Positions 61,794-64,000 of a DNA stretch of 64,000 nucleotides are shown here, one piece after another (position 1 is the stretch's first letter; every line of letters starts with the position of its first letter). The position numbers were made by a program, and so were the translations under genes. The notes beneath the pieces are model-generated. The model searched no databases. It was not told the origin of the DNA and worked only from the letters and a program-made list of their open reading frames with translations. Source of the DNA: Squalus acanthias (taxonomy: Eukaryota); assembly GCA_030390025.1 (NCBI GenBank), contig CM059431.1:122700001-122764000 (forward strand), given 5' to 3'.

Positions 61794-62979
61794 TCTCTGT
61801 TGTGCCTGGGCCCTTCACCTTACTAGAAACAAATCATTGGTAAGACTTCCAAAAGGCATCTGGACAATGAATCTGATACTCTAATTTTGACTTAGGGTGT
61901 GTTGAATAAAAAGATAAAATAATGTGTCCAAAATGAAACTTCAGTGGGAACTGTTGACTCCAATTTACTAAGAAACCTGAAGCTAGCTGCCAACTTGAGA
62001 ATGTGAAGAGGGGAAGATCATGAAAGCCATTGAGGGGCATCGATTCAGGCAGCATCCGACCAGAAATGTCCAGAAGAGTGAGATGGGGAGAATAGGATAG
62101 TCTGGTGTTTGAGAGGACAACAAGATAGATTAATTGACAAATGAACAACAAAAGTCGTTATAGCAGAGATACCAATTAGTCATCTTTCTGAGCTCATGCA
62201 TAGCTATTAACAAAATAATATTACATTCGACTTTGTTTATTTTTGAAAAAAGTGTTTTTGCCATGCAAATACATATTTGCAGCAAGTGCTCTGATTCTGC
62301 TGTTCCATATCACGTGCATGGGCAGCCTGATCCTGTACCTTGACATCTATATGAGCAGGCAAAGGAGGGGGATGACTAGAAAAATCACATGAGTGGGCAC
62401 CAGGAGACAGGATGATATCATGAACTCAGACTCTATGAATATCGAAAAATGACAGACAGAAAAAGACCCACTGGTCCATCTAACCTGTCAAATAAATCCT
62501 GGATCCTGCATATGAGTGCCCACTGATCAGCAGGAGTGCAGACCTGATGGTAATCAATTAGATCTTGCAGACCCTGTCACCCCAAAGTACTTGCAAGCAC
62601 CTTTATATTACTTCTCTCCAAATATTTGCCCAAGGACAGAAGGCTGGTCATCAAAGTATGCACTCTGGGTGAACTCACTTGTCTGGAGGCTTCCCTACCA
62701 GGGAGGGTAGATATAAAAAATTGTGGTGCCACTACCGCTCCAGGTAGTACTGCATTGTGTTGAAACCTTCCCAAATATTGGCACTAAGGATGGCATCAGA
62801 CTTCAGCATAACTCTTGTCATCTGTCCCACCATGGCTGAGATAGTAATCAGTGTCTCCACATGAGTATGGATGCTTATGAAGCATCCTTCTTTTTTGAGC
62901 AAGACACCAGATCTCTGAGACCACAGGCATGGGAGTGACTTCTACAGAGCTACTCCCCATGGTCAGATTCCACTTTCAT

Positions 62980-63430
62980 TTCTGCAATGCTGCCGTTGCC
63001 TGTCTTCCTGCCTCCATCCTCCATAAACTACAACTTATCCAAACACATGTCTTCATCCACACCAAGGCCTCCACACCAAGGCCTGCATACCTATCATTAA
63101 GCCTCCACTGGTTCCCCATGCCCCAGTGAATTAACTTCAAAATCTTTGCTTTTAGCATTACATTTTCCCATGCCTTTGCCCCGCCCTATCTTCTCCAACC
63201 ATATCTTCCTGTGCTTGCCCTTCATTCTTCCAAAACCAACTTACTTCTTATTCCTTGCTCACTCCACTCCATCACCTTCACTCTCTGGATCTCCCTCCCT
63301 TAGCACATTCACCTAATCAACCCCATCCCTGCTTTCAAAAAAAATCCTGAAGGCCCTCCTCTTTGATTGTGGTTTAGCCACCCCACACCTCGCCCCCAAC
63401 CTTCTTTACCTGCTCTCCTTCCTGCTCAGT
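62980..63430 (+). mobile_element. Old L2 3' fragment
   Basis: LHKLQLIQ...LHWFP.PQ.INFKI. Confidence 0.65.
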
Positions 63431-63445
63431 ATCTATCAACACTCT

Positions 63446-64000
63446 GGGTTTAGAAATTGGGTACCTAGCGACTCCAGTTCATGCCTCCGGGGGGTGCTAA
63501 CAGGGCGCTAACGACTTACTGCCTGGGCATGGCGATGTTAGCGCCGCTGGGGAAATTCAGCTGGCTGTTTGCGGTGGCACGAACCATGCCCGCCTGCGGG
63601 CGGAGATCGTGATGTCATCCGGCCGCACATCGCCCCGGTAGCACTCCAGACCAGAAATTCATTTTCGCCCCCTGCCTCAGCGACTGCCGTTAGGAACGAC
63701 AGGTAGAGGAGGCGGTTTGCGGTCAGCTGGGAGTTGCAGGAACTCTATTTAAAGGTGTGAACTTCCAGGTTTCTTTTTAGTCAGTAAACAATGCTGCCTT
63801 GTCAGTTTGACAGAAGCAGACAAGCGTTTTGACCCATTTGAGCTTTTATTACTTGAAGAAGTTTTGCTCCTCAGAAAAATCTATCACTTTCATTTGGGTT
63901 ACATTTGATAGTGCAACATTTCCAACACTTAACGGGGCTGTACTAGTACTGGACCTCGCCCTCCAGCGTCAACATCGGAGGCAGCGGGGGCAGAGAGAAA
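63446..64000. mobile_element. Harbinger-type element, left end
   Basis: GGGTTTAGAAATTGG start; similar to the 13862 MITE. Confidence 0.65.

Overview
Repeat-dense vertebrate DNA, probably from a cartilaginous fish (inferred only from the repeat repertoire: CR1/L2 LINEs, Harbinger elements, Penelope ends and a tRNA-SINE). I can support no host gene exon. The main feature is a complete, very young 12.8-kb provirus-like LTR element on the minus strand (37991-50800). It has a CCAT target-site duplication (TSD), two 1724-bp LTRs that differ at only two positions I could find, an 18-nt tRNA-Arg primer-binding site (PBS), and intact gag, pol and env. Unusual points: (i) Env looks like a class I F-type fusion protein (paramyxo/pneumo/baculovirus-F-like, as in lokiretroviruses) with an apparent immunoglobulin domain in its surface part and YxxPhi plus PDZ-binding motifs in its tail; (ii) gag and pol are in frame and separated by one UGA in the UGA-CUAG readthrough context; (iii) the first gag AUG overlaps the PBS, so the leader and a candidate splice donor fall in the LTR; (iv) Gag has overlapping PSAP/PPxY late-domain motifs; (v) Pol has a degenerate plus an intact RNase H and a ~270-aa C-terminal extension. 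The provirus is nested in a Harbinger transposon. Elsewhere there are minimal hammerhead-ribozyme motifs at Penelope ends, repeated Harbinger insertions at one site of that motif, an intact three-exon Harbinger Myb/SANT gene, and an old Gypsy pol relic.
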